A stretch of DNA of 64,000 nucleotides from Alphaproteobacteria bacterium (GCA_965246755.1 OZ251979.1:9089-73088), one strand, 5' to 3'. Positions 31,610 to 41,963 are shown, numbered from the stretch's first letter. The notes: a model not told the origin generated them from the sequence alone. Program-made: numbers and translations.

Positions 31610-32311
31610 ATGAAACAACTTTTACTGACTCTTACCGTTCTTCTTTTCACCCTCCCCGCCATCGCCCAAGACGCCAAATGGCATGACGACCGCATCGTGC
31701 TGCAATTAACGGCGGAAGATTATGTGACTGCTTCCACCGCACGTGTGATTGTCAATGTCGTCGCATCGTTAAAGGGCGACGCCGCGCAAACACGTAAAGA
31801 CATTCTGGCCGCCGCCGATAAAATCGCCAAAGGTGCCAACTGGCGTATTATCAATTTTAATAATTCCACCGACCAGGCCGGCCTTGAGCGCTGGGATGCG
31901 GCATTGGAAGCGCGCCTGCCAGAGGTACAATTATCAGGCCTCAACAATGCCGCCAAAGCCGCCAGCCGCCCGGGCCTGCAGTTCACGGTGGGCAGCAGCG
32001 ATCTGACGCCAACCTTGGATGAACTCGAGACCGGGCGCGCCAAACTGCGCGAAACGCTATTGAAAAAGGCCCAGGATGAATTGGCGCGTTTGAACAAAGC
32101 CGCCGGCAAAACCTATCGCCTGGCCGATATCAATTTCATGGGCGGTGCCATGCCACTGCCGCAACCGCAATATATGGCCAAGACGATGCGCGCAGCTGCA
32201 CCCGAAATGGCGATGGCAGCCGATGCCGCGGCTGGCAGCGGCGGTTTTAGCACCGACAATAAAATTCAAATGTCGGCGACAGTGGTATTGGGTGTTAAAA
32301 TTACAGAATAG
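31610..32311 (+). CDS. Periplasmic SIMPL/DUF541-like protein (tentative)
   Basis: Signal peptide, about 230 aa, and a block pattern similar to YggE/BP26-type proteins. The similarity is weak. Confidence 0.35.
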   Translation: MKQLLLTLTVLLFTLPAIAQDAKWHDDRIVLQLTAEDYVTASTARVIVNVVASLKGDAAQTRKDILAAADKIAKGANWRIINFNNSTDQAGLERWDAALEARLPEVQLSGLNNAAKAASRPGLQFTVGSSDLTPTLDELETGRAKLRETLLKKAQDELARLNKAAGKTYRLADINFMGGAMPLPQPQYMAKTMRAAAPEMAMAADAAAGSGGFSTDNKIQMSATVVLGVKITE

Positions 32312-32338
32312 GAATTATCTGGTGCGCAAGCATCAAGA

Positions 32339-33409
32339 TCATCCGCGTGTTATAATTGCGCCTAAATCTTTGGCCATACGTGCTCTTATTTTATCTGCCT
32401 GCATATCCGAGTTTGCACCACCATAATTTTTAAAATTAGAAATTTCTTGCCAAGTTTTATTTTTCAATAAGAGGGAGTGTGCCTTTAACAACTGCTGAAT
32501 TTCATTAGGGTCAACGAGAGTGGTATCGCCATATAAGTATTCAAAAATAGTTTTAATTTCCTGCTTCTCCACATCGGTAAGCAAATTTTTATCGCCATAA
32601 ATCATAATAACATCTTGTTTCATTGCGAGTTGCGGCATTGTCAATTCAAGCAATAATGACCTATCTTTAAAAGGATTAGGCCTGTTAATTTCGTGTGCCA
32701 AAGAATGCAAGACGGTTTGGATATAATCATCTGAGCAGCCATGCGTTTCACAACTGTTCTTTATAATATCGTATGCAGTTAACTGCAGCTTTCGCTTTTC
32801 TGCTATTTTTTCATATCGTGCGATAGCTAACAGGCTGTCGGCTGCATAAAATTCGCCATCCACATCCAGTTGTTTTCGTCTTTTTAAAAAGAATTGTTTT
32901 ATCTTCGTTAGCGCATTTTGAAATTCTGGTTTTTTTGCTTGTTCTGACTTAAGGTTAAATAGTTTTTCTGGATCAATAATTACGTCAGATGGGTCGCAAG
33001 CATAACAATTTTGCGGCACATAATTTTTTTCGTTTAGAAATTCAGCAAAAGTATCTAACACAGCCAAATGATTTTGGTCACAGTCAAAGCATGATTTAAT
33101 CGTAATAAGACTGTTGGAAGTTTGCACCAAATCAAATTTCAAATCGCGTTGCTTCAACTTAATAACCAGCGTGTAAAATCCATTATCTTCTTCAGAACTG
33201 ATAAAACCATTTCCCGACTGATAGGCGTCAAACAAAAAATGCCGCAACAAGCCTTCGGGTAGGGTATTTTTGTCTGAGGTGTAAAACTCGCCCTGTGGCA
33301 AAGGTTTTGAATTATCGGCGTTATTTGAACATAATATGCATTGCGCAAAGGCGTTTGGCATTTGCCCAAAAAGTAAAATTATTAATATGAAAAAGACTCT
33401 TTTCATCAA
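32339..33409 (-). CDS. AT-rich secreted hypothetical protein (signal peptide, Cys-rich N-region)
   Basis: 356 aa with the signal peptide MMKRVFFILIILLFGQMPNAFA. GC is far below the backbone. The start overlaps the lpdA stop (ATGA), which implies translational coupling. Confidence 0.55.
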   Translation of the reverse strand: MMKRVFFILIILLFGQMPNAFAQCILCSNNADNSKPLPQGEFYTSDKNTLPEGLLRHFLFDAYQSGNGFISSEEDNGFYTLVIKLKQRDLKFDLVQTSNSLITIKSCFDCDQNHLAVLDTFAEFLNEKNYVPQNCYACDPSDVIIDPEKLFNLKSEQAKKPEFQNALTKIKQFFLKRRKQLDVDGEFYAADSLLAIARYEKIAEKRKLQLTAYDIIKNSCETHGCSDDYIQTVLHSLAHEINRPNPFKDRSLLLELTMPQLAMKQDVIMIYGDKNLLTDVEKQEIKTIFEYLYGDTTLVDPNEIQQLLKAHSLLLKNKTWQEISNFKNYGGANSDMQADKIRARMAKDLGAIITRG

Positions 33410-34794
33410 CTATGTATCTGCCGCCCTTCAACCGCTAGTGCGGCTTCCTTGACGATTTCGGACAGTGTCGGATGCGCATGGCAGGTGCGGGCGATGTCTT
33501 CCGATGACGCGCCGAATTCCATCCCCACAGCGATTTCGTGGATCAAATCGCCCGCGCCCGCGCCAATGATATGGCAGCCCAAAATTTTATCGGTCTTCGC
33601 ATCCGCCAGGATTTTGACAAAACCATCGGTCGCATTCATCGCGCGGGCGCGGCCGTTGGCGGTGTAATTGAATTTGCCAGCTTTGTATGCCACGCCGTCC
33701 GCCTTAAGCTGCTCTTCCGTTTTACCGATTGAGGCCAGTTCCGGCATCGTATAAACCACACCCGGCACGAGGTTGTAATCGACATGCGGTTTTTGCCCGG
33801 CCAGCATCTCGACACAGGCGACGCCGTCCTCTTCCGCCTTGTGCGCCAGCATCGGCCCCGGGATCACATCGCCAATCGCATAGATGCCCCGCACGCTGGT
33901 CTGATAGTGATTATCCACACTGACAAAACCCCGCTGGTCTAATGTCACACCAATTTTATCCAATCCCAAACCTTGCGTATAGGGACGGCGGCCAATGGCG
34001 ACCAAGACGATATCCGCTTTTAGCGTTTCCGCCGCACCGCCCGCGGCAGGTTCAACTGTTACCGTCACAATTTTGCCATCCGCCTTCGCCGCCGTCACCT
34101 TCGCGCCGAATTTAAATGTCAGACCCTGTTTTTCCAAAATGCGCTGCCCCGCCTTGACCAGTTCGCCATCCAGTCCTGGAATAATGCGGTCGCCATATTC
34201 AATAACGGTGACTTCGGCGCCCAAACGGCGCCACACCGTGCCCATCTCCAACCCGATGACGCCCGCGCCGATGACAATCATCGTCTTTGGCACTTTGGTG
34301 AGCGCCAAGGCCCCGGTCGAGGACACAATCTGTTTTTCATCAACGGTGACGCCGGGCAGCGGTGTCCATTCCGACCCCGTCGCAATAATAATATGCTTGG
34401 CGCTATGTTCCGCACCCGCCACATTAACCTTGCCAGGCGCCATAATAGTTCCGGCGCCTTGCAGCCAGTCAATCTTGTGTTTTTTGAACAGGAATTCGAT
34501 GCCTTTAACATTGTCGGCAACAGTTTTATCCTTGTGCGCCAGCATACCGGGCAAATCCAGTTCCAGCTTGCCGACCTTAATCCCCAGCGCGCCGAGATGA
34601 TGGCCGGCCTCCTCAAACCGCTCGGAGGCATGGAGCAAGGCCTTAGACGGGATGCAACCGACGCGCAGACAGGTGCCGCCCAGCGCGGGTTCCTTTTCCA
34701 CGACCGCGGTCTTAAACCCCAGCTGCGCGGCGCGGATCGCCGCCACATACCCGCCGGGGCCCGCGCCCACTATCATTACATCATAATCAGCCAT
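33406..34794 (-). CDS. lpdA: Dihydrolipoyl dehydrogenase (E3)
   Basis: FAD motif MIVGAGPGGYVAAIRAAQLG, redox-active disulfide GGTCLRVGCIPSK, and an NAD-binding GxGxxG. Confidence 0.95.
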   Translation of the reverse strand: MADYDVMIVGAGPGGYVAAIRAAQLGFKTAVVEKEPALGGTCLRVGCIPSKALLHASERFEEAGHHLGALGIKVGKLELDLPGMLAHKDKTVADNVKGIEFLFKKHKIDWLQGAGTIMAPGKVNVAGAEHSAKHIIIATGSEWTPLPGVTVDEKQIVSSTGALALTKVPKTMIVIGAGVIGLEMGTVWRRLGAEVTVIEYGDRIIPGLDGELVKAGQRILEKQGLTFKFGAKVTAAKADGKIVTVTVEPAAGGAAETLKADIVLVAIGRRPYTQGLGLDKIGVTLDQRGFVSVDNHYQTSVRGIYAIGDVIPGPMLAHKAEEDGVACVEMLAGQKPHVDYNLVPGVVYTMPELASIGKTEEQLKADGVAYKAGKFNYTANGRARAMNATDGFVKILADAKTDKILGCHIIGAGAGDLIHEIAVGMEFGASSEDIARTCHAHPTLSEIVKEAALAVEGRQIHS

Positions 34795-34924
34795 GTTGTT
34801 CCCTTGTTGACGCTGTTATAACTGTCTGCCTGCTTGCAAGGCAATATCTACAGGCGGTCAAATATAATTTGCTTTTATGAAGATAGATGGCGTAAAGCCA
34901 TTTTACGAGCAAAAGGGATATATA

Positions 34925-35932
34925 ATGAAAAAAATAATTTATGATGGCGACGGTGGCGGCGATGAAATGCAAGTTGCCACGGTTTTATTGGCTCATCAAC
35001 CTGATGTCACAGTATTGGGCGCAACGTCGGTCTACGGCAACACAGTTCATGACCAGGTTTTGCAAAACATGGGTGATATTCTTTATCTGCTAGGCCATGA
35101 GGGTATTCCCTATTTTCCTGGCGCAAAGGGGCCAACTGATGGTCTGGAATTAATGGGCGACAATGCCCATGGCAATAATGGGCTAGGCGGGGTTATTTTA
35201 CCTGTTACGCCAATGCCTGCTGAAGACACGCCGGCGTTTGAATTTATCCTCGAAACATTGCGCGCGGAACCGCGCGGTACAGTTACATTAATTGCAACCG
35301 GCCCTCTAACTAATTTAGCGCTCGCTCTTCAAAAAGAGCCGGAGACAATGGCAAAAGTTGCCAATATTTTGATCATGGGTGGCTGTACGCGTCCAATCCC
35401 GGCAGCGGATATGCCCAGCCGACGTGGCAATATCACGCCATTTGCCGAGTTTAATTTTTACATGGCAGCAAATGATGCGAAAACGGTTCTGGAAAGTGGT
35501 TTGCCGATTACGCTTTTTCCGATGAACTGTACACAGCAGTTATCAGTCACGCCCGAAAGATGTTTGGCAATACAAAAAGCTTTTGTCGCCATGCCACATT
35601 TAGGTCACACACTTGTGGCATTGATATCTGCACCCGCCGCATTGGATAAAATGAAATTTGGTGCCGCGCCATTTATGCATGACATTCATACCGCATTATA
35701 CGCTATAAGACCTGATCTTTATCAAGGAGGTCAAGGGAGCGTTTATATCACCACTGAAGGCGCTGAGATGGGTAGATCAACTTTCAGACCCCATCTCGAT
35801 GGCAATATTACTGTTATGGAAAATCTTTTAAATCCCGACTGGGCTTTTAGTCTCTTCCTAAATAGCTTAAAAACTGTTTTTAAACTTGCCCTGCCGCAGT
35901 CAATTTCAACCAACGCTCCTGCACCTACTTAA
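34925..35932 (+). CDS. Inosine-uridine-preferring nucleoside hydrolase family protein
   Basis: N-terminal IIYDGDGGGDEMQVATVLL matches the IUNH aspartate cluster (DxDxxxDD-like). The ATG at 34925 has an AGGGA Shine-Dalgarno. Moderately AT-rich. Confidence 0.55.
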   Translation: MKKIIYDGDGGGDEMQVATVLLAHQPDVTVLGATSVYGNTVHDQVLQNMGDILYLLGHEGIPYFPGAKGPTDGLELMGDNAHGNNGLGGVILPVTPMPAEDTPAFEFILETLRAEPRGTVTLIATGPLTNLALALQKEPETMAKVANILIMGGCTRPIPAADMPSRRGNITPFAEFNFYMAANDAKTVLESGLPITLFPMNCTQQLSVTPERCLAIQKAFVAMPHLGHTLVALISAPAALDKMKFGAAPFMHDIHTALYAIRPDLYQGGQGSVYITTEGAEMGRSTFRPHLDGNITVMENLLNPDWAFSLFLNSLKTVFKLALPQSISTNAPAPT

Positions 35933-35950
35933 CCAAAATTTAAGCTGCAC

Positions 35951-38611
35951 TTGGGCCTTGGCTTCGCCTACAGTTCGCCCATGAAAAACATCTTCCGCAT
36001 TTTGGCGCGCGGCATGCTGGTGATTGCTGTCGTTATGGCTGCTGCCTATGGCGCATGGTATTTGGGCAACCCCGCCGTGCAGGGCGAGGCCTGGGACGGC
36101 GCGATTGAAAATTTCTCCTTTGCGCCGTTTCAAAAAAATGAAAATCCGTTGGAGGATAAACATCCCAGTAAGGAAGAAATCGCCCGCGATCTGGAATTTA
36201 TCAGCCAATATGCGCATGGCGTCCGTACCTATTCCGTGACTAACGGCCAGGAAGCCATCCCGGAGCTTGCCAAACCTTACGGCCTCAATGTCACGCTGGG
36301 CGCCTGGATTGATAAAAACGATGCCAACAACCAGCGCGAGATAGAACAGCTTGTGCAACTGATGAAGGATAATAAAAAAACCGTAGTGGCCGGTTTTGTC
36401 GGGAATGAAGCAGTATTGCGCGGTGACAAATCCGCGCACGATATGGCAGAGCTGATCCGTGCGGTGCGCAAACGCGTCAAACAGCCGGTTTCCACGGCCG
36501 AAGTGTGGGATGTCTGGCTTAAAAACCCCGAACTCGTCGATGCCGTCAATTTCATTGCCGTGCACGTGCTGCCCTATTGGGAAGGCGTTAATGTTGATGC
36601 CGCAGTACATGACGTGTTCATGCGTTACGAACAATTGAAAACCGTCTATCCCGACAAACGCATTATGATTGCCGAGGTCGGCTGGCCGTCCACCGGTCCC
36701 TGGATGATGGGGTCAGAGCCCGGCCTGGTCAATCAGGCGAAATTCATCCGCGCCTTTTTGAACGAGGCGCATACCCGCAAGATTGATTACACGATTATGG
36801 AGGCGTTCGACCAACCGTGGAAATACGCGCTAGAAGGGCCAGTGGGTACCGCCTGGGGGCTGTTCGATGCCGACCGCCATCCCAAATTTCCGATGCAGGG
36901 CGCAGTGCATGAAAACGAAAACTGGCGTGACCTGTTTTGGTTCAGCTGTGTCCTGGCCCTGCCCTTCATGTTGTTTTTCCTGTGGCGGCGCAGGCATGAT
37001 GTGCGGCTGCGCGGGCAATTGTTTTATTGCGCGCTGATTATGGGTTTTGCGTCGCTACTGGTGCTGACTGTTGTAGAAATCGCGACAGAAGCCCTGCTAC
37101 TGTCGATCGGCATCGCCTGGAGTGTGCTGGTCGTAGCGCAGGCGCTGATGGTCGCGGTCACCTTGTTTGACGGACTGGAGATGACTGAACTGTTGTGGAA
37201 ACGCAAATGGGCGCGGAAGTTTGAGCCCGTGACCGGCGCCGCGCTGGCCGATGCACCCAAAGTGTCCATCCATGTACCCTGCTATAACGAACCGCCCGAG
37301 ATGGTGATCAATACGCTCGATCACCTCGCCGCGCTTGACTATCCCAACTTCGAAGTTTTGGTCATTGATAACAACACCAAGGATGCAGCAATCTGGCAAC
37401 CGCTGCAGGATTATTGCGCCGGTTTAGGCGACCGGTTCCGTTTTTTCCATCTGCCGCAATGGCCTGGCTTTAAAGCCGGGGCGCTGAATTTTGCATTAAA
37501 GGAAACTGCCGCCGATGCCGACATCGTCGCAGTGATTGACAGTGACTATGCGGTGGAACCGCAATGGTTGGCGGCGCTGGTGCCCTATTTTGACCAGGCG
37601 GAAACCGCGCTCGTGCAATCGCCACAGGCGTACCGCGGCTGGCAGGGCAATGCGTTTAAAACCATGTGCAATTGGGAATATGCCGGCTTTTTCAACATCG
37701 GCATGATGCAGCGCAACGAACGCAACGCCATCATTCAGCATGGCACGATGACGATGATCCGCCGCAAAACCATGGACAGTGCCAATGGCTGGGCCGAATG
37801 GTGTATCACCGAAGATGCCGAACTGGGCCTGCGCCTGTTTGAAGAGGGGCATGACGCGGTCTATTGCCCGGAACCGTTTGGCCGCGGTTTGGTGCCGGAC
37901 AGTTTCGGCGCTTATAAAGACCAGCGTTTTCGCTGGGCCTATGGCGCGGTGCAGATTATCAAACGGCACTGGCGATTGTTATTACCAGATTCTAAAGGCC
38001 TTAATGCCGCGCAACGGTTTCATTTCATTGCCGGCTGGCTGCCCTGGTTTGCTGATGCCGTGCATTTGATTTTCGCGGCGGCCAGCATTTTCTGGTCGAT
38101 TGGCTTTCTAATCTCGCCTAAAATTTTCGGCTTTCCGCCGACGATGTTTATGATCCCAACCATCGCTGCCTTTATCGCCAAGGTCGCGTTTTCTTATTTG
38201 CTCTATGTCAAATGCGTGCCGTGCGGATTCCGCGACCGTATCGGCGCGGCGATTGCCGGCATGGCGTTAAGTTTTACCGTCGGTCGTGCGGTCTTGCTGG
38301 GCATCTTCACGAAAGACAAACCGTTTGTCAGGACGCCGAAGGCGGAAGGCCAACCGGCGCTGGTGCAAGCCTGGCTTATGGCGCGCCCGGAGATCACACT
38401 GCTCATTATCCTCGGCATACTTGCTATTCTCATCCCCACGCTCGCCAGCTGGGCCAACCTGCAGGCGCGCATGTGGGGTTTGCTGCTGGTCGTGCAAGCC
38501 CTGCCCTATCTTGCGGCGCTGATTACGTCAGTCGTGAATGTTTGGCCGGGGCAAGAGACGCGAGCGGCTGGAAGCGAGACGTCTGAGTTGTTGGCGCTGC
38601 CTGCGGCGTAA
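35951..38611 (+). CDS. Bifunctional glycoside hydrolase family 17 / glycosyltransferase family 2 protein (NdvB-like beta-1,3-glucan synthase)
   Basis: GH17 catalytic motifs FVGNEAV and IMIAEVGWPSTG in the N-terminal domain. Central TM helices, a GT2 domain with DYPNFEVLVIDNNT, and a processive-GT2 QxxRW motif (QRFRWAYG). The ATG at 35981 is an alternative start. Confidence 0.6.
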   Translation: MGLGFAYSSPMKNIFRILARGMLVIAVVMAAAYGAWYLGNPAVQGEAWDGAIENFSFAPFQKNENPLEDKHPSKEEIARDLEFISQYAHGVRTYSVTNGQEAIPELAKPYGLNVTLGAWIDKNDANNQREIEQLVQLMKDNKKTVVAGFVGNEAVLRGDKSAHDMAELIRAVRKRVKQPVSTAEVWDVWLKNPELVDAVNFIAVHVLPYWEGVNVDAAVHDVFMRYEQLKTVYPDKRIMIAEVGWPSTGPWMMGSEPGLVNQAKFIRAFLNEAHTRKIDYTIMEAFDQPWKYALEGPVGTAWGLFDADRHPKFPMQGAVHENENWRDLFWFSCVLALPFMLFFLWRRRHDVRLRGQLFYCALIMGFASLLVLTVVEIATEALLLSIGIAWSVLVVAQALMVAVTLFDGLEMTELLWKRKWARKFEPVTGAALADAPKVSIHVPCYNEPPEMVINTLDHLAALDYPNFEVLVIDNNTKDAAIWQPLQDYCAGLGDRFRFFHLPQWPGFKAGALNFALKETAADADIVAVIDSDYAVEPQWLAALVPYFDQAETALVQSPQAYRGWQGNAFKTMCNWEYAGFFNIGMMQRNERNAIIQHGTMTMIRRKTMDSANGWAEWCITEDAELGLRLFEEGHDAVYCPEPFGRGLVPDSFGAYKDQRFRWAYGAVQIIKRHWRLLLPDSKGLNAAQRFHFIAGWLPWFADAVHLIFAAASIFWSIGFLISPKIFGFPPTMFMIPTIAAFIAKVAFSYLLYVKCVPCGFRDRIGAAIAGMALSFTVGRAVLLGIFTKDKPFVRTPKAEGQPALVQAWLMARPEITLLIILGILAILIPTLASWANLQARMWGLLLVVQALPYLAALITSVVNVWPGQETRAAGSETSELLALPAA

Positions 38612-38775
38612 TTTATGCATGATATGGCAAGTTGTGGTCCCCGGCCCCGCGCGCATTCTATATAGCTTTAGCGAAGCAGAACAGCGCGGAAATGTGCCGG
38701 GGTCTGGTAAGGCAACGCAAACCGGTCCAATATCATTTATCACAGCTTTGCGCAAAAATAATGCGAGACATCTTC

Positions 38776-38810
38776 TAATAATTTACCAAATCCCGGCACG
38801 CTTCGCCGGG
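38776..38810 (-). terminator. Candidate intrinsic terminator for the 292-aa gene
   Basis: Minus-strand hairpin CCCGGC-gaagcgu-GCCGGG followed by AUUUGGUAAAUUAUU. Confidence 0.3.
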
Positions 38811-38837
38811 AACCACAACTGATAGAGACGCGCTTAA

Positions 38838-39716
38838 TTACAACGGCTCCACAACACGATCTGCCGTCACGCCAACCGGCTGACGCAACGCCTTTGCCCA
38901 GGCATCGCCAATGAGGATGTTCTCTCTATCGAGCGCCAGCGCTTTGCCATCCATGCGATCACGTAACATAGCGACAACATCGGTCACTTCTTGGTCGGCT
39001 TCAAAATTCAGACAATACCATAGCGTTGTTACAGCCATCACACCTGATGGTTTGTCACCATCATAATCAGTGATAGCAATCCGCGTTGAAAATAAATCAT
39101 ATAACTTTTGTGCATCCAGGTGCTGCGCTAAAAATTCCATATTTTCTGCAGAATTGTCACTATACCAGTAGCCGTCATTAACATCTAAATAACCTCTTCT
39201 GACCTTGAGAATTGGCACACCGGTTTGTACGCAAAATTCTTCCTGATGTGTTTGATAATATGCGACCAGATCACCTGCATCTATTGGCGTCACAACGGCT
39301 TTAAAAACGTCTGTTTCCACAGCGGCAAGATAGTTTTTTTCTGCATCTGACTGATCTGCAGCAGCAAGGCGCGCGGCGGACGGAACATCGTGAAACAAAG
39401 CTTCAACAACGTCTTTTTCACCAAACAAAGGCATGTTTTCAGCAAGGAAATTTTTCCACTGAATGATTTCAAGACGTTTTTCTAAAGCAGTTTTCTTTAA
39501 CAATGCAACAACCAGCAACTGATCTGCAGCATAATCCACGGTTGTTTCTAATAAGTTTTCATCTCCATAAATACCATCGGCCTCAAAGTCTAAAATAGAA
39601 AAGGCATCTTCAGCGCTTAATTTTTCAATCTCAGCTAATAGCTTTGACCGGTCTTCATCAGAAATGTCTTGCGCTTTCGTCTTAAGGATTTCGCCCCATA
39701 GTTCTAATGTATTCAT
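38838..39716 (-). CDS. Hypothetical acidic protein
   Basis: 292-aa ORF, moderately AT-rich, with no recognised motifs. A candidate terminator lies downstream. Confidence 0.45.
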   Translation of the reverse strand: MNTLELWGEILKTKAQDISDEDRSKLLAEIEKLSAEDAFSILDFEADGIYGDENLLETTVDYAADQLLVVALLKKTALEKRLEIIQWKNFLAENMPLFGEKDVVEALFHDVPSAARLAAADQSDAEKNYLAAVETDVFKAVVTPIDAGDLVAYYQTHQEEFCVQTGVPILKVRRGYLDVNDGYWYSDNSAENMEFLAQHLDAQKLYDLFSTRIAITDYDGDKPSGVMAVTTLWYCLNFEADQEVTDVVAMLRDRMDGKALALDRENILIGDAWAKALRQPVGVTADRVVEPL

Positions 39717-39794
39717 GTTGTATCTCCTAAATTAATGTTAGGCGAGCAACATAGCGCGATAAGCTCAATTTTGGCAAGTTTTTAAGCGGCTTAA

Positions 39795-40202
39795 TTATAA
39801 ATCCTTAAGCCGTACCATCTGTGTTGGGTATATCCCCGCCGCCGCATCGTAAAATTTTTGATCCGCCGTCACCAGTTTCGCGTCGCGTTGCAAGGCCAGC
39901 GCTAGATACAGGCAGTCGTAGATAGGATGATTAAGTTGCAGCGCAAGTTGCAATCCTTGTTCCAACAACAGCCCATCGCTAACAAATTCAAGCGGGACGC
40001 GCCGCAGCTTTTGCAAGCCATCAATTGCTGTCGCGGCAAAAATCCGTTTCTGAATTACATTAGTGCGTAAAGCGTTGGCGCATTCCACCAATATATAAGC
40101 TGGCGCGATTAAGTTTTGGCCGTGCAAGCGAATGGCTTTATCGCTGTCGTCTTCCGCCAAAACCCATTTTAGGGCGACTGATGCATCAACAACATATGTC
40201 AT
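39795..40202 (-). CDS. vapC: PIN-domain toxin VapC
   Basis: MTYVVDASVALKW... PIN N-terminus with the conserved acidic residues, and a 4-nt overlap with the upstream antitoxin gene. Confidence 0.8.
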   Translation of the reverse strand: MTYVVDASVALKWVLAEDDSDKAIRLHGQNLIAPAYILVECANALRTNVIQKRIFAATAIDGLQKLRRVPLEFVSDGLLLEQGLQLALQLNHPIYDCLYLALALQRDAKLVTADQKFYDAAAGIYPTQMVRLKDL

Positions 40203-40456
40203 CCTTCGTTATTGGTGTCCCGGAAATGACGGATAATAGGCGTGCTATCCGGCAAGACGCCATATTGCTGTTTCATTTCAGCTTGAAAAGCTTTGATTTC
40301 CGCCCACGGGTCAACGGTTGGCGTGGTCGCTGGTTTAGCAATCGTATCCAACAGCGCCCGATGCTCCGCCTCAACCGAACGGCCGTTGTCATGTGCACGC
40401 TGTTTCAGCAGCGCGACGATGTAATCGGGAACATTACGGACGAGCAGTTGGGCCAT
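40199..40456 (-). CDS. vapB: Ribbon-helix-helix antitoxin VapB (FitA/Arc-like)
   Basis: MAQLLVRNVPDYIVALLKQRAHDNGRSVEAEHRALL is the FitA/VapB RHH signature. Confidence 0.75.
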   Translation of the reverse strand: MAQLLVRNVPDYIVALLKQRAHDNGRSVEAEHRALLDTIAKPATTPTVDPWAEIKAFQAEMKQQYGVLPDSTPIIRHFRDTNNEG

Positions 40457-40463
40457 ATTTAAA

Positions 40464-40480
40464 TGCTATCATTGATAGCA
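40464..40480. promoter_or_regulatory. Perfect palindrome TGCTATCA-tt-TGATAGCA directly upstream of vapB (candidate operator)
   Basis: An 8+8 inverted repeat 8-24 nt upstream of the vapB ATG, and three direct TGTCAAG repeats lie just beyond it. TA operons are typically autoregulated through such palindromes. Confidence 0.4.
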
Positions 40481-40609
40481 CTTTGTGTCAAGAATTGGCG
40501 CCACTCCTGCAATCGCATGTTCGTCAAGGGTTGCTTGTCAAGGCCAAGGCCAGCTATTTACCAAGACTAAGACTGCCATTGTCATGTTGCACGTGAAACA
40601 ATTCCTATT

Positions 40610-41857
40610 TTAGATTTCCAGTAACAGCCGCTGCGGGTCTTCCAGCATGTCCTTGATGCGGACCAGGAACGAAACCGCCTCGCGGCCGTCGATCAGCCGA
40701 TGGTCATAAGACAGCGCGAGATACATCATCGGGCGAATAACGACCTGGCCGTTCAGCGCGATCGGGCGCTCTTCAATTTTATGCATGCCGAGGATACCGG
40801 TTTGCGGCGCGTTCAAAATCGGCGTCGACAGCAATGACCCAAAGGTACCGCCGTTGGTGATGGTAAAGGTACCGCCCTGCATCTCATCCATCGTGATTTT
40901 ACCGGCCTTGGCACGGGTGCCAAGGTCAACAATTTTACTTTCGATCCCGGCGAAGCTGAGCTGGTCGGCATCGCGGATTACTGGCACAATAAGGCCGGTC
41001 GGCGTCGAAACCGCGACCGAAATATCATAATGATTTTTGTAAATGATTTCATCACCGGCAATTTCGGCGTTGACGGCGGGAAATTCTTTGAGCGCCTTGA
41101 TCGCGGCCTTCACAAAAAACGACATGAAGCCAAGTTTAATGCCATGTGCATCGGCGAATTTATCCGCGTAAGATTTGCGCAATTGCATGACCGCCGACAT
41201 ATCCACCTCGTTAAAGGTGGTCAGCATCGCCGCGGTATTTTGCGCATCTTTCAGGCGTTTCGCCACCACCTGACGCAGCCGCGTCATTTTAACGCGCTCT
41301 TCACGCTCGGACACTGGACGCTGGACGCTGGATGCGGGAGAAGCAGAAGCCGGCTGATAATTTTGCACATCTTCCTTGGTGACACGGCCATCTTTGCCGG
41401 TACCCTGCACATCATTGGGCGTAAGATTTTTCTCATCCATCAGTTTGCGCGCGGCAGGACCCGACTGAGCTGCCTCGCCCTGTTTCACATTTTGCTGGTG
41501 GGCGTTTTTGTCAGCAACTTGCGGCGCGGCATTTTCCTTGGCCGCGGTCTGGTCATTGGCAATGACGGTCGTCGGCGGAGACATCGGCGCTGCCGTCGCC
41601 TTGGCAGACACCACACCGCCGCCTTCTGAAATTTGCGCCAGGATTTTACCAACCTCAACCGTGGCGCCTTCCTGCGCGGCAATTTCTGTCAGTACGCCGT
41701 CAAACGGCGCATTCACTTCAACCGTCACCTTGTCAGTTTCCAGCTCGACCAGCGCCTCGTCTCGTTTGACGCTGTCGCCCGCTTTCTTAAGCCATTTTAA
41801 AACGGTCGCTTCGGAAACGGATTCCCCGAGCGCGGGGACGACAAGTGGCTGGGCCAT
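40610..41857 (-). CDS. sucB: 2-oxoacid dehydrogenase E2 component, dihydrolipoyllysine succinyltransferase-like
   Basis: Single lipoyl domain ([14 protein letters not shown]...[12 protein letters not shown]), an E3-binding domain and a catalytic domain (DHRLIDG). The ATG at 41857 has an AGGAG Shine-Dalgarno. The track ORF starts at a GTG at 41893. Confidence 0.85.
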   Translation of the reverse strand: MAQPLVVPALGESVSEATVLKWLKKAGDSVKRDEALVELETDKVTVEVNAPFDGVLTEIAAQEGATVEVGKILAQISEGGGVVSAKATAAPMSPPTTVIANDQTAAKENAAPQVADKNAHQQNVKQGEAAQSGPAARKLMDEKNLTPNDVQGTGKDGRVTKEDVQNYQPASASPASSVQRPVSEREERVKMTRLRQVVAKRLKDAQNTAAMLTTFNEVDMSAVMQLRKSYADKFADAHGIKLGFMSFFVKAAIKALKEFPAVNAEIAGDEIIYKNHYDISVAVSTPTGLIVPVIRDADQLSFAGIESKIVDLGTRAKAGKITMDEMQGGTFTITNGGTFGSLLSTPILNAPQTGILGMHKIEERPIALNGQVVIRPMMYLALSYDHRLIDGREAVSFLVRIKDMLEDPQRLLLEI

Positions 41858-41963
41858 AACAAAACTCCTGATAATAAGATGGTTTTGAAACACATGCGGT
41901 TAAAATGCAAGCGTGATATACATCCCGACTTCCCAACCAGAGCAACAACGCGTAAAAGACATT

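Noticed and set aside
35906-36634. 242-aa minus-strand ORF overlapping the GH17 domain region
   Set aside because: It is antisense to the GH17-GT2 gene, whose catalytic motifs are in the plus frame.
41030-41629. 199-aa plus-strand ORF inside sucB
   Set aside because: It is antisense to sucB and is an Arg-rich reverse-frame translation.
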